Below are positions 7,315 to 16,745 of a DNA stretch of 64,000 nt, piece by piece. This DNA is from an uncultured Bacteroidales bacterium (GTDB lineage Bacteria > Bacteroidota > Bacteroidia > Bacteroidales > FEN-979). Made by a program: the position numbers and the translations under genes. The notes under the pieces were generated by a model. That model was not told the origin of the DNA, did not search any database, and worked only from the letters and a program-made list of their open reading frames with translations. Position 1 is the stretch's first letter. The number at the start of each line of letters is the position of its first letter. The stretch lies in contig CAILVF010000075.1 of NCBI GenBank assembly GCA_903837605.1, positions 153 to 64,152 of the forward strand. The letters are read 5' to 3'.

Positions 7315-8937
7315 TTATAAACAGGAATATGCCTTGATCACAGCCGGCTTCAGTGAATCCATATTCAGCGTAACCTGGACTTCACTCAGTAAATAATTAA
7401 CGCCACCAATCCGGTACTTGCTCCCGAAATCCAGGTCCTTCAATTCCAAATAATCCATTTGTTTTGTTATCTGAACAAACTTGCGTGAATTGAAGAACCA
7501 ATCAAGCCAATCCTTATGAAATTTCATAAATAATCCATTTGGACCGTACCATATCAATCGTAAATCATCAGAATACGGATGGCAACTAACCCTGTCATGA
7601 TATCCCAACACACTACGAAGCTCAGCAAAAGCCAATTTAGGAACGATCTTAGCATAATCGGTTCCAAGATTGCCAACCCGGCCCGTAACTTCATCCTGGG
7701 GGCAAACCATGCAGATCCCGACTTCGGTTTTATTATTATCAAGTGGTTGCCCGTACATGAAATTGATATACAAAAATTCACTGGGTGCGGCTTCCAACCA
7801 GGTATTTGCACCGGATGTTCCAAACTGATACCATTTATTTTCACTGATCACATACCGAAGATCAAACAGGTTGGTTATCGGTCGGCCTGGAAGATCTGCG
7901 AATGTTTGAACGGAAGCTTTAAGATAATTGAAGAAATCAGATTCAGCGGTGGTAAGGTCTTCATAAACCTTATCCCCGTTATCCGGTGTCATGGAAAGTT
8001 TCATGCCCAGGATCTGATCGGAAATCTGATTTGACAGGTCAAGTATATTGGATGAAAAATCAATATACGGTAAGGCTTTCAGCCGGTCCTGGTTGCTAAC
8101 AATCCGGACCGTTTTAAGATGATCATCCACCAGGAAAGTACAATTAAAAAACTTCTGAATATCGGTAAAAAACTTGCCAATCTTGACATGGGGCATATGC
8201 ACCTGGTAATACAGATCCTTGATCGTCCAGTACAAGTCATTTACTGAAAATGAATTGTATATTACCAAAGTGGAAAGGGAAGTTCCCTTTGAAAAGAATT
8301 CATCTTCCAGAGAATATCCCATGATGCTGATTACCTTTTTGATAACGAAGCGGAGATAAAACATCGGCACCAAAAGCATTTTGGCCCCTTCGGTGCTAAC
8401 CAATTTCAGATTTTCCGTTACATCGGTCTTATTGTAACAATCCAATTCAGCATCCGTTGTCTTCGGATCAAAATAATCAAAATTGAAGCATTCAGGCATT
8501 TGAAAATCCACATCGGGATAACCGAAATACCTTACATAATTAAAATATGCCAGGGCTGAAATTTCATTGGGAAAGTGCATTTCCCCAAGCGGTTGTTCAT
8601 CCAGGTAAGCTTCTTTTACCTTATAATTGAAGCTTCCATTCTGCACATACAATGCCCCTTCATAAAACTGCAAATTGGCTTCCTTGATCCGGACCTGGCC
8701 GGAGAAGATAACCGATCCATTGAACAAAAGACAACCATCAAAATATTCATACTGATCACGAACCGATTCTATGCGGTGTTTCCATCCCAGAACCGATTTA
8801 TTACGGTCGGTTGAAGGGATTTTAAAAGGAAATGAATAATCACCGATATCATTGAACATGGGCGATTTGAGGTTCAATGTCAATGAAAATTCCTTAGGGA
8901 GATCAAGGGCAATACCATTTATTTCGAGGGATAGCAT
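7315..8937 (-). CDS. phage structural protein (baseplate / distal tail candidate), family not recognised
   Basis: 540-aa ORF with an ATG start, immediately upstream of the 642-aa ORF in the same block. No enzymatic motif recognised. Confidence 0.6.
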   Translation of the reverse strand: MLSLEINGIALDLPKEFSLTLNLKSPMFNDIGDYSFPFKIPSTDRNKSVLGWKHRIESVRDQYEYFDGCLLFNGSVIFSGQVRIKEANLQFYEGALYVQNGSFNYKVKEAYLDEQPLGEMHFPNEISALAYFNYVRYFGYPDVDFQMPECFNFDYFDPKTTDAELDCYNKTDVTENLKLVSTEGAKMLLVPMFYLRFVIKKVISIMGYSLEDEFFSKGTSLSTLVIYNSFSVNDLYWTIKDLYYQVHMPHVKIGKFFTDIQKFFNCTFLVDDHLKTVRIVSNQDRLKALPYIDFSSNILDLSNQISDQILGMKLSMTPDNGDKVYEDLTTAESDFFNYLKASVQTFADLPGRPITNLFDLRYVISENKWYQFGTSGANTWLEAAPSEFLYINFMYGQPLDNNKTEVGICMVCPQDEVTGRVGNLGTDYAKIVPKLAFAELRSVLGYHDRVSCHPYSDDLRLIWYGPNGLFMKFHKDWLDWFFNSRKFVQITKQMDYLELKDLDFGSKYRIGGVNYLLSEVQVTLNMDSLKPAVIKAYSCL

Positions 8938-8946
8938 AGATCGTGA

Positions 8947-9100
8947 TTATTGGTTTGAAACATCGGATTCAATAGAACCAACCTTCTTCAATTCATCCTG
9001 AAGGTGAGTATATGAGATATATGAAGGAATACCTTTATCCAGGTGTTCATTGAGTTTTGTAATGGCGGCAATCAGCCCGGGATCACCCAGGAAGATACGA
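8947..9100 (-). pseudogene. 3' fragment of a truncated (phage?) gene lacking any start codon
   Basis: The minus-strand frame is open between stops at 9133-9135 and 8947-8949. It reads ...HPVRIFLGDPGLIAAITKLNEHLDKGIPSYISYTHLQDELKKVGSIESDVSNQ*. It contains no ATG, and its 5' end runs into the 9102-9130 hairpin. Confidence 0.4.
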
Positions 9101-9101
9101 A

Positions 9102-9130
9102 CAGGGTGGCCGCAATTTGCGGCCACCCTG
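9102..9130. terminator. strong hairpin (13-bp GC-rich stem, 3-nt loop) at the island boundary; terminator of gene 9146..10030 and/or insulator
   Basis: cagggtggccgca-att-tgcggccaccctg. It is flanked by TTTTATTT on the plus strand (AAATAAAA upstream on the minus strand) and sits 16 nt after the stop of the minus-strand gene 9146..10030. Confidence 0.6.
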
Positions 9131-9145
9131 TTTTATTTAAACCGT

Positions 9146-10030
9146 TTAAGGTTTCCTGAGTGCAATCCTTGAGCCTGCCCCAAGGTGGTATTTTCCTGAG
9201 AAATTACCATAATTTATTGACAGTTCCAGACGAAGCGAACTGTTAATAAAACAAACATTGCTTCCGACAGGAACAGAGGAATAGGTTACACCCATAACCA
9301 GACTCACATGGGTGGTATCGGAGGAAAGGCTTAAAACCGTACCGGCAGGATAAGCTGAAACCAGGCCCTGGGGGATATTGGTTATACAATTACCGAAATT
9401 ATCGGTGAACAGGATTTCACCTTTGATCGTGTCGCCTGAAACAATCGGGTCCTGCACCGGGAATTTGTTTGGATTTGTGCAAACGGAGCCGAAAACTGAA
9501 AGTTCCGTGCCCGCAATCAGGGATAGGATTGACCGTTTATAAAATTCCTGTATGGAAAGTGTCCCCGGCTGATCTCCGCCAAGCACCAGGGGATTCTCAA
9601 TATAATAACAGGTAATACCTGAATAGAAATCGAGGATGCGTGTAGAAAGTGTATTATCCGGTGCAATCACATAAACGTCACCGGCCTTGTATATAATTCT
9701 CCTGCTTGATGCACCGGGCTCGACTATACCGGCAAAACAAGTTCCTTTAGGATAATTCAGAACCGAATAGAACAATAAATAAGCGCCGTCATATACATCA
9801 AACGGTTTCGATTTGTAAAACTGGATAGTAACCGAGGGGTACATGGACCTGACCGCCCCGAAAATCCCGACAATCATGTCACTGCTGGACTCATTGTCGG
9901 AAATAAGGACAAGGTTTGTGACCTGCCTGGCTGCAGCAGCCGGAGTGGTCACTTCAGACTTATGACATGAGGCTGCCAGCAGGAGTACAGAAAAGAGTAA
10001 TGCGAAAATGTCAGATTTCAGGAGTCTCAT
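9146..10030 (-). CDS. DUF62 / SAM hydroxide adenosyltransferase-family homologue with lipoprotein signal (divergent)
   Basis: Family-like blocks are LVLISDNESSSDMIVG, YPKGTCFAGIVEPGASSRRIIY, VIAPDNTL and a C-terminal GEILFTDNFGNCITN block. The N-terminus is MRLLKSDIFALLFSVLLLAASC, which has a lipobox. Confidence 0.6.
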   Translation of the reverse strand: MRLLKSDIFALLFSVLLLAASCHKSEVTTPAAAARQVTNLVLISDNESSSDMIVGIFGAVRSMYPSVTIQFYKSKPFDVYDGAYLLFYSVLNYPKGTCFAGIVEPGASSRRIIYKAGDVYVIAPDNTLSTRILDFYSGITCYYIENPLVLGGDQPGTLSIQEFYKRSILSLIAGTELSVFGSVCTNPNKFPVQDPIVSGDTIKGEILFTDNFGNCITNIPQGLVSAYPAGTVLSLSSDTTHVSLVMGVTYSSVPVGSNVCFINSSLRLELSINYGNFSGKYHLGAGSRIALRKP

Positions 10031-10074
10031 GCCGTGCTTAAAAAATTAGGGATGCTCTTACTCAAAACCATCTG

Positions 10075-10082
10075 CAAAAGTA
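10075..10082 (-). promoter_or_regulatory. Bacteroidota -7 box (TACTTTTG) for gene 9146..10030
   Basis: caaaagta on the plus strand matches TAnnTTTG on the minus strand. It lies 45 nt upstream of the start codon. Confidence 0.4.
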
Positions 10083-10161
10083 GCAAAAAAACGAGCCCCG
10101 TTTACCACTATTCATGAAACATGACAGGATTATTTGTTATGACATGAAATTTCCCTGCCGG

Positions 10162-11334
10162 CTATTCGACCGCATCGAGGAACTCATCTGCATCCTCGTA
10201 CGCTTCAGTCTTGCGGCCCATGATTGGCAGGATCTTGCCGACAATCATGCCGCTGGAAAAAGCAAGCACTATAGTGATTACTATTCCCAATAATTGCTGC
10301 CTGATATCGAGGGCCGCTACTATCGGTAACACAGCAATGCCTCCCATCAGACCCGGAAGGCCATGGAGGTTCGTCACACCGCAGGTATCAATAAGTTTCA
10401 TCCATTTTTGTTGTTTTGACTGGATCACGGCAAACCCGAAAGTCGAAAGGGCGCCTGCCAGTACACCGATGATCATGGCTTCGGAATGAGTGGCATTGGC
10501 ACAGGCAGAACCGATAGCCACGCCTCCAGCCAGTGCTGCGTTTGCGATATCGGCAATACTGGCTTTTTTGCGAAGAGAAACTGAGACAATATAAGTGGTA
10601 ATCGTTGATCCGCAGAGTGCAAGAATGACATTCACCACAGTTGCCGGCATCTGTTCCGGACTGACAAGGGCAGCGCAGAAACTGGGCCAGAATATCCATA
10701 ATATCATACTCCCGAGCATGGAATACCGGTCCGACACTGAATCCGACTCAATGGTCTTCTCAAATTCCTGTTTCGTAGTCATTGTAAGTGCAACCCCCAA
10801 ACCAAAAATAGCGCCAAAAGCATGTATTACAATCGAACCTCCCGTATCCAGAACACCACCTTGCCTGATCAGGCCCAATCCGCCGTTTAGCACGATCCAT
10901 TCGTTGAACATATAACAGGGCACGAAAAGCAGGCCTAACAGAAGATATTGCTGCATCTTTAAGCGGCCAAGCACTGCCCCGGCGGCAATTAAAAGGCTTG
11001 CCCCGCAGAATTCGGCAAGGATAAGCCGACGTACATCGGTATCGTTCATCCCGCTGCCATTGCTGCTGATCATCATATAAACAGGCAGACAGACACTCAC
11101 CAGCAGGAATGTGGCAGTAAGAGCCGAACGTCCGTATTTACGAACAAAAACCATCAGGAACCCGAAACCTACAAGCAGCATTGCCATGATATGAATGGCG
11201 CGGTTGTATTGCTGGTCATTGGTTATTGCAGGGGCCAGGCCTGAATTAACCAGTTCAGCAGAATAAGAAAACACCGGCATCGCCGAAAGCAGCAGCATTA
11301 ATGCAAAGAACTTAAACAGGGGATTGTTTTTCAT
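10162..11334 (-). CDS. Rh-type (Rh50-like) ammonium transporter
   Basis: 390 aa and polytopic. The block DTGGSIVIHAFGAIFGLGVAL is typical of Rh/Amt channels. An N-terminal signal-like segment is present. Confidence 0.7.
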   Translation of the reverse strand: MKNNPLFKFFALMLLLSAMPVFSYSAELVNSGLAPAITNDQQYNRAIHIMAMLLVGFGFLMVFVRKYGRSALTATFLLVSVCLPVYMMISSNGSGMNDTDVRRLILAEFCGASLLIAAGAVLGRLKMQQYLLLGLLFVPCYMFNEWIVLNGGLGLIRQGGVLDTGGSIVIHAFGAIFGLGVALTMTTKQEFEKTIESDSVSDRYSMLGSMILWIFWPSFCAALVSPEQMPATVVNVILALCGSTITTYIVSVSLRKKASIADIANAALAGGVAIGSACANATHSEAMIIGVLAGALSTFGFAVIQSKQQKWMKLIDTCGVTNLHGLPGLMGGIAVLPIVAALDIRQQLLGIVITIVLAFSSGMIVGKILPIMGRKTEAYEDADEFLDAVE

Positions 11335-11395
11335 AGAGCACCGAATTAGAGTAATACGTAGATTGATCTAAGTAAATTTCGCAGATTTAAGGGCG

Positions 11396-11403
11396 CAAAA
11401 GTA
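11396..11403 (-). promoter_or_regulatory. -7 box (TACTTTTG) for the Rh-type transporter gene
   Basis: caaaagta on the plus strand, 62 nt upstream of the start at 11334. Confidence 0.4.
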
Positions 11404-11466
11404 TTGTTAATTTCCTAACAAACAAAGCTGCCCTTAAAATTACTTGACACCGTCCCCCTGATTTTG

Positions 11467-11474
11467 TATCTTTG
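11467..11474 (+). promoter_or_regulatory. -7 box (TATCTTTG) for gene 11496..12506
   Basis: Exact TAnnTTTG match, 22 nt upstream of the start codon. Confidence 0.45.
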
Positions 11475-11495
11475 ATTTAATACAATAACATCACC

Positions 11496-12506
11496 TTGAA
11501 GACCATTAAATTTTTCTGCAGCCAGATTTTCATTACCTGTGTCATTATTCTCTGCGGATGCACTAAATCTTCAGGAACGGTGGATCCCTCACCTGCTCCG
11601 CCTCCCGCACCATCATCCTTTCACGGCGTCAGGATCTATATCATATCGACCGGTGACATTCATGAATATTCTCAAAACCTTGCAGGCCTGGCAACTCTTG
11701 TAAAAAACATCAGGGACACTGCATCCTTTGTGTATTTTGTCCTCGCCGGAGATTTTTTCATGGCGCACCGAAGCTATGACGTAAAACGCTGCAATGGCCA
11801 AACCGACAAATCAATCCGCCCTGATCTGAAGGTGCCTTCCGATTCAGACCATGTTTACGACGGGAAAGCCGAATCACGAATCGTGGATTACCTGAACTTT
11901 GACGCTATTGTCCCCGGGAACCATGACTGGACATACGGGATCGCCTTGCTGGCCAACCCAAAACTGAAACGAAAAATAATAGCTTGCAACCTCGGCCAGC
12001 CTGAGAACCTGGCTGCCGACTATCTGACTTTTTCATCGAAACAATGCAAATTCCGTCTTAATATTATCGGTGTGGCCGCAACGGATAATATCCATTCCAA
12101 AGGTGATGAAACAGTGAGGGTTTACTCCGCAACCACATCCACAAGCCTGTCAAAGATCAAAAGTGCCATTGCAAAAGCAGATATGAACATTCTCCTGACA
12201 CACCTGCTGTCAGGAGATGATGCAGGTTTATTTTCCTCCATAACGGGTGCAAGGGGCGAGGCCTTGTTTGACGTTCTGTGCGGAGGGCATACACACGAAT
12301 CATTTGCCAGATTAACAGGAAATGCAGCCTTTATAAAAGCCGGTATTTACGGAACCTATGCCGGGATCGCATGTTTATGGTGGGATACAGTAAAAACAGA
12401 AGTTGTCAAAAAAACAGCAAGCCTGGTTTGTCTTGAGAACATCCCGAAGGACCAGCGCACACTGGCTCTCATCGACAGCCTTCACAGGGTCTATCCTCAT
12501 TATTAG
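11496..12506 (+). CDS. metallophosphoesterase (5'-nucleotidase/UshA N-terminal-like) lipoprotein
   Basis: Motifs GDIHE, LAGDFF, VPGNHDW and GGHTHE are present. The signal with a lipobox reads IILCGC. The start codon is TTG. Confidence 0.7.
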   Translation: MKTIKFFCSQIFITCVIILCGCTKSSGTVDPSPAPPPAPSSFHGVRIYIISTGDIHEYSQNLAGLATLVKNIRDTASFVYFVLAGDFFMAHRSYDVKRCNGQTDKSIRPDLKVPSDSDHVYDGKAESRIVDYLNFDAIVPGNHDWTYGIALLANPKLKRKIIACNLGQPENLAADYLTFSSKQCKFRLNIIGVAATDNIHSKGDETVRVYSATTSTSLSKIKSAIAKADMNILLTHLLSGDDAGLFSSITGARGEALFDVLCGGHTHESFARLTGNAAFIKAGIYGTYAGIACLWWDTVKTEVVKKTASLVCLENIPKDQRTLALIDSLHRVYPHY

Positions 12507-12585
12507 TGCGGGCCGGTCCTGGCATCAGGATGGTCGCGGGAGAATAAATTCGATACAATCACATTATGCCGCCACTCTTTTTTTT

Positions 12586-12593
12586 TATCTTTG
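12586..12593 (+). promoter_or_regulatory. -7 box (TATCTTTG) for the acyl-CoA ligase gene
   Basis: Exact TAnnTTTG match, 17-23 nt upstream of the candidate starts (GTG 12610 or ATG 12616). Confidence 0.45.
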
Positions 12594-12609
12594 CATTCCT
12601 AATTAACAA

Positions 12610-14259
12610 GTGTTGATGGTTTCTAAGGCCGGAAATACTCTTCCTTCAGCATTCCTACTGACCCTTGGCAAACACAGTGAACGTCCTGCCATGGCAATGA
12701 TCGGAGGTGAGCAACTTACTTACGGGGACCTGAACCGCCGTATCAGGGCAGTTATCGCTTTTCTGGAAAAGCTGGGCATAATGCCTGGTGATAAAGTTGC
12801 AATACTGAGCGGGGGCTTACCGAACTGGGGAGCCGCTTATTACGCCATCACATTCATGGGGGCTGTTTCAGTTCCAATCCTGCCCGATTTTCATCCGGAT
12901 GAAATAAAAAATATTCTTGAACATTCAGAAGCTAAAGCGATATTTTTTTCGGAGAATCAGCAGTCCAAAGTCAATTCAATTCCTGAGGGCATCACATCAA
13001 AGAGAATCAGAATTGAAGATTTCTCCCTGAAAAATCCGGGTCCCGGAGACCCTGTATTTTCCCCATCCGCCGAGCCACAAAAGGAATATTCTGTCAATGA
13101 GGATGACCTTGCTTCCATAATATACACTTCAGGAACAACAGGCAAGTCCAAGGGAGTTATGCTGTCACATCTGAATATTTGTTTTACTGCCGACAAAAGC
13201 GGTCGTGTTCAGGAAATCAGGGAGACAGACCGTTTCCTTTCCGTTCTTCCACTCTCCCACTCCTATGAGAATACTATTGGAATGGTATTGCCGATGTTAA
13301 GAGGCGCCGGCATCTGGTACCTGGGCAAGGCCCCTACCCCATCCATCCTTCTTCCTGCCCTGCTGGAGGTAAGACCTACCATCATGCTTACGGTGCCCAT
13401 CATTATCGAAAAGATCTTCAGGAATAAGATCCAGCCTGCGTTTACAAAAAACATCTTCCTGCATGCCGCAATACATATACCGTTCCTCAGAAAAATACTC
13501 AATGTTTCTGCCGGAAAGAAATTAATGCAGACCTTCGGAGGGGAACTGCATTTTTTCGGCATCGGCGGGGCCAAGCTTAACCGCACTGTCGAGAAGTTTC
13601 TCATCGAGGCAAAGTTCCCTTATGCCATAGGCTACGGGCTCACTGAGACCTCACCCCTGCTTGCAGGGTTTAACCCTCAGAATGCGCGTTTGCAGTCGAC
13701 CGGGCCGTCTATTGAGGATATCGAACTGATAGTTCAGCATCCCGATAAAAAAACCGGTGAGGGTGAGATCTGGGCAAGAGGCCCCAATGTGATGAAAGGG
13801 TATTATAAAGAACCAGGGCTGACTGCGGAAGTCCTCACCCCCGACGGCTGGTTTAAAACCGGTGACCTTGGCATTTTCGACAAGGATGGGTACCTGTACA
13901 TCAAGGGGAGGCTTAAAAACACCATTATAGGGCAGGGAGGTGAAAACATACACCCTGAAGACATTGAGTCTATTATCAACAATTTCCGCCATGTAGCCGA
14001 TTCGCTGGTGGTATTGCAGCAGGAAAGGCTTGTCGCCCTTGTACAATTTAACCGTGAGGAAATCGAAGAACGTTATTCCCAGCTTAAATACGACATTTCA
14101 AATTACGTGGAACATAAGATCGACGAACTCCAGCTCGAGCTATTGCAATATGTCAACACGAGGGTAAATAAATTTTCCCAGGTTCAGCGGATTGTAGTTC
14201 AGGAATTCCCGTTTGAAAAAACACCCACCCAAAAGATAAAGCGCTATTTGTACACTTAA
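12610..14259 (+). CDS. AMP-dependent synthetase / long-chain fatty acid-CoA ligase
   Basis: The AMP-binding signature is IIYTSGTTGKSKGV. Also present are GYGLTETS and a GWFKTGDLG...DGYLYIKGR block. Confidence 0.85.
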   Translation: MLMVSKAGNTLPSAFLLTLGKHSERPAMAMIGGEQLTYGDLNRRIRAVIAFLEKLGIMPGDKVAILSGGLPNWGAAYYAITFMGAVSVPILPDFHPDEIKNILEHSEAKAIFFSENQQSKVNSIPEGITSKRIRIEDFSLKNPGPGDPVFSPSAEPQKEYSVNEDDLASIIYTSGTTGKSKGVMLSHLNICFTADKSGRVQEIRETDRFLSVLPLSHSYENTIGMVLPMLRGAGIWYLGKAPTPSILLPALLEVRPTIMLTVPIIIEKIFRNKIQPAFTKNIFLHAAIHIPFLRKILNVSAGKKLMQTFGGELHFFGIGGAKLNRTVEKFLIEAKFPYAIGYGLTETSPLLAGFNPQNARLQSTGPSIEDIELIVQHPDKKTGEGEIWARGPNVMKGYYKEPGLTAEVLTPDGWFKTGDLGIFDKDGYLYIKGRLKNTIIGQGGENIHPEDIESIINNFRHVADSLVVLQQERLVALVQFNREEIEERYSQLKYDISNYVEHKIDELQLELLQYVNTRVNKFSQVQRIVVQEFPFEKTPTQKIKRYLYT

Positions 14260-14297
14260 ATGTACTAATTTGTGTATTGTCAAATTTCCTGATCACC

Positions 14298-16109
14298 ATG
14301 CGCAAATTCTGCCTTAACTTCCCATTTCTGTTTCTGTTAGTCCTGCTTTGCCTTGTTTTTCCCCAGTGCAAGAAAAATTCCGATACTGTCATCCCCGTTG
14401 AATTGCCGGGAGACTGGTTACCCACCAACGGCCCCGGCAACGGATTGGTAGTAAGCCTTGCTTCCTTTGGCGACGTATTGCTGGCAGGGGTCAGCGGGCG
14501 GGGCATGTATCATTCCCCGGATGCCGGCTCTTCCTGGACCTGTGACACCTCAGCTATCCCAAACAACACTACCCCTATTGCCGTCGTTCAGGTAAATGAC
14601 TCGGCATTATATACAGTCAGCGATAAATTATACCGTTCGTGGAATAAGGGGAAAGAATGGCATGCAGTTTCCAATATTTCAGCATATACCATATCCCTGG
14701 CTGTAAATGAGACCATGATAGTAACCGGGACAGAGGGGACCCAGGGTATATCGGTATCGAAGGATGGTGGACAAAGCTGGAATTCCCACATACCGGTTGG
14801 TGGCAATTACAGGAATTCGGTTGCCATTTCCGGGCAGAATATTTTTGTAGGGACATCGGGCGCCGGGGTTTATTTTTCCAGCGATTCCGGGCTGCACTGG
14901 GATGCTCTGAATTCAGGATTGGGGAGCCTCGATATTCAATGCTTGAAAACCGTTGGATCCTTGCTGTATGCAGGGACTTTAAAAGGTCTCTATATGTCAT
15001 CTGACCAGGGCCGGCATTGGATACTTCTTAATAATGGCCTTTCGCAGGAACTTAAAATAAGCTGTTTTGCTTTCAGCGGCAACTCCATCCTGGCCGGGAG
15101 CCCAAACGGGATATGGGTTTCACGTAACAATGGGACAAGCTGGGCAGCGGCAAGCGGAAACCTGCCCGAAACGGATGTTCAATCCCTGGCATTCTCGGGA
15201 TTAAATTTCCTTGCAGGAACTGCCAGCGGATTATATGTATCGACAAGCCAGGGTATGTTATGGGATCTGTTGGGGATACCTGTTACGACTGTAAATTCTA
15301 TGTGCAGTAATAATCTGGTAGTTTATGCTGCTGCCGGCTGGAACACTCAATCGGTCTACGGAACCATGGACCACGGCAGGAACTGGAATATCTTTAAAGC
15401 CCAGCTACCGGCTCATGCTGTTTCATGCATTGCCTTTTCAGATGGGTTCCTTGCAGCGGGCACCGACAGCGGGGTGTATGTCTCCCAGAACAGCGGCATG
15501 TCTTGGACGAAAAGCTCAGGCGGCATTGCAGGTTCCGACATACGTTCAATCGGGATGAATGGGCCGGTTTGGTTTGCGGGGACATATAGCACAGGCTTTT
15601 TCGGATCACAGGATCACGGCTTCACCTGGAATAAAATAAACACACCCTTGCCTGACAATAATTATGTTTATTCAATATTCTTCCATGGCTCAGCCATCTA
15701 TGCAGGGACATCCCATGGTGGAATGCTGGTCTCCCAGGACAGCGGGAAAACATGGCATGTAAACAGCCAAATGCCTGTGAATACAGTAATTTCATCATTT
15801 GCCGCCAAAGGATCGACTATTTATGCCGGTACGTTCAACGGCGTATGGGAATCTGACGACAATGGACTGACCTGGCTGGCCACAACCCTCGAAAACCAGG
15901 AAGTGTATAATATGATAATTGTCGGTAATTATGTGTTTGCCGCGGTTAAGTCCTGGGGAGTATTCGGAACCACCGTTGGCAGTTCAAGATGGTGGTTGTT
16001 TTGTTCCGGACTTCCTTATTATACTACTGTAACGAGCATTGCAACCGATGGCAGCCTGCTGCTGGCAGGCACCAAAGGTTTCGGGGTATGGACCCACCGC
16101 CTGAATTAA
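14298..16109 (+). CDS. Asp-box (BNR) repeat beta-propeller lipoprotein (Ycf48/GH74/sortilin-like fold)
   Basis: Twelve S-x-D-x-G-x-x-W type motifs are present (SPDAGSSW, SKDGGQSW, SSDSGLHW, SSDQGRHW, SQDSGKTW, SDDNGLTW and others). I prefer the ATG at 14298 (MRKFCLNFPFLFLLVLLCLVFPQC, lipobox) over the TTG at 14277. Confidence 0.7.
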   Translation: MRKFCLNFPFLFLLVLLCLVFPQCKKNSDTVIPVELPGDWLPTNGPGNGLVVSLASFGDVLLAGVSGRGMYHSPDAGSSWTCDTSAIPNNTTPIAVVQVNDSALYTVSDKLYRSWNKGKEWHAVSNISAYTISLAVNETMIVTGTEGTQGISVSKDGGQSWNSHIPVGGNYRNSVAISGQNIFVGTSGAGVYFSSDSGLHWDALNSGLGSLDIQCLKTVGSLLYAGTLKGLYMSSDQGRHWILLNNGLSQELKISCFAFSGNSILAGSPNGIWVSRNNGTSWAAASGNLPETDVQSLAFSGLNFLAGTASGLYVSTSQGMLWDLLGIPVTTVNSMCSNNLVVYAAAGWNTQSVYGTMDHGRNWNIFKAQLPAHAVSCIAFSDGFLAAGTDSGVYVSQNSGMSWTKSSGGIAGSDIRSIGMNGPVWFAGTYSTGFFGSQDHGFTWNKINTPLPDNNYVYSIFFHGSAIYAGTSHGGMLVSQDSGKTWHVNSQMPVNTVISSFAAKGSTIYAGTFNGVWESDDNGLTWLATTLENQEVYNMIIVGNYVFAAVKSWGVFGTTVGSSRWWLFCSGLPYYTTVTSIATDGSLLLAGTKGFGVWTHRLN

Positions 16110-16112
16110 GCC

Positions 16113-16724
16113 TCAGGGCAGGAGGTCAGCCGTATTTACAACTTTTCCGTAAAACCTGTCAATGGAAGCCAATGTGCTTGCATGTACATCAGCAGCTGAA
16201 ACTGTACGGTCACCCCACTTCAGAGGCCTGGTTGCACAGGCATCCTGGACGACGATACATTTGAAACCATAGTCATACGCAGCACGGGTTGCAGCTTCGA
16301 GGCACATATGAGTCTGCATTCCGCATAGGACAAGACGTTTAATATGGAGAGACTTCAGGGTTTCAAGCAGGTCGGTGCGGTCGAAGGCATTTGCTTCCTC
16401 CTTGGTGATCACCTTCTCCCCTGGCAGTGGCGCAACATCAGGGTGAATAGGGCTTCCCCCCGCATGCTGAATATGGATTACGGGAAGCTTCTGATCCCTG
16501 AAAAGCTTCAGTACAGCAGCAGCTTTTGCACTTGCAGCTTCCGGATTCTCAAGAGGGAGTTTACCTCCCGGGAAATAAAACTCCTGTATATCGATCAGCA
16601 GAAGTGCAGTCGGGAGCGTATCGTTCCTGATTGATATTTTTTGCGAAAATACAGGTTGGCTCAAGATTGACAGGGCAGTTAAGAACATCCACGCCAATGC
16701 AATATTAAAAGGCTGCTTTTTCAT
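16113..16724 (-). CDS. isochorismatase-family cysteine hydrolase with signal peptide
   Basis: Family blocks are ALLLIDIQEFYF and LVLCGMQTHMCLEAT (catalytic Cys region). The N-terminal signal ends ...PVFSQ. Confidence 0.75.
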   Translation of the reverse strand: MKKQPFNIALAWMFLTALSILSQPVFSQKISIRNDTLPTALLLIDIQEFYFPGGKLPLENPEAASAKAAAVLKLFRDQKLPVIHIQHAGGSPIHPDVAPLPGEKVITKEEANAFDRTDLLETLKSLHIKRLVLCGMQTHMCLEAATRAAYDYGFKCIVVQDACATRPLKWGDRTVSAADVHASTLASIDRFYGKVVNTADLLP

Positions 16725-16745
16725 ACTATTAATTTAATATGGCTC

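Noticed and set aside
9102-9130. Hairpin as a tRNA-derived attachment site
   Set aside because: No tRNA-like sequence (acceptor or T-arm features) is adjacent, and no direct repeat of it occurs elsewhere in the window. A terminator or insulator is the simpler reading.
1-9135. Intact prophage
   Set aside because: Only distal tail and fibre genes are present. No integrase, terminase, portal, capsid, tube/sheath, lysis or repressor genes are in the window, and the block is truncated inside a gene at about 9100.
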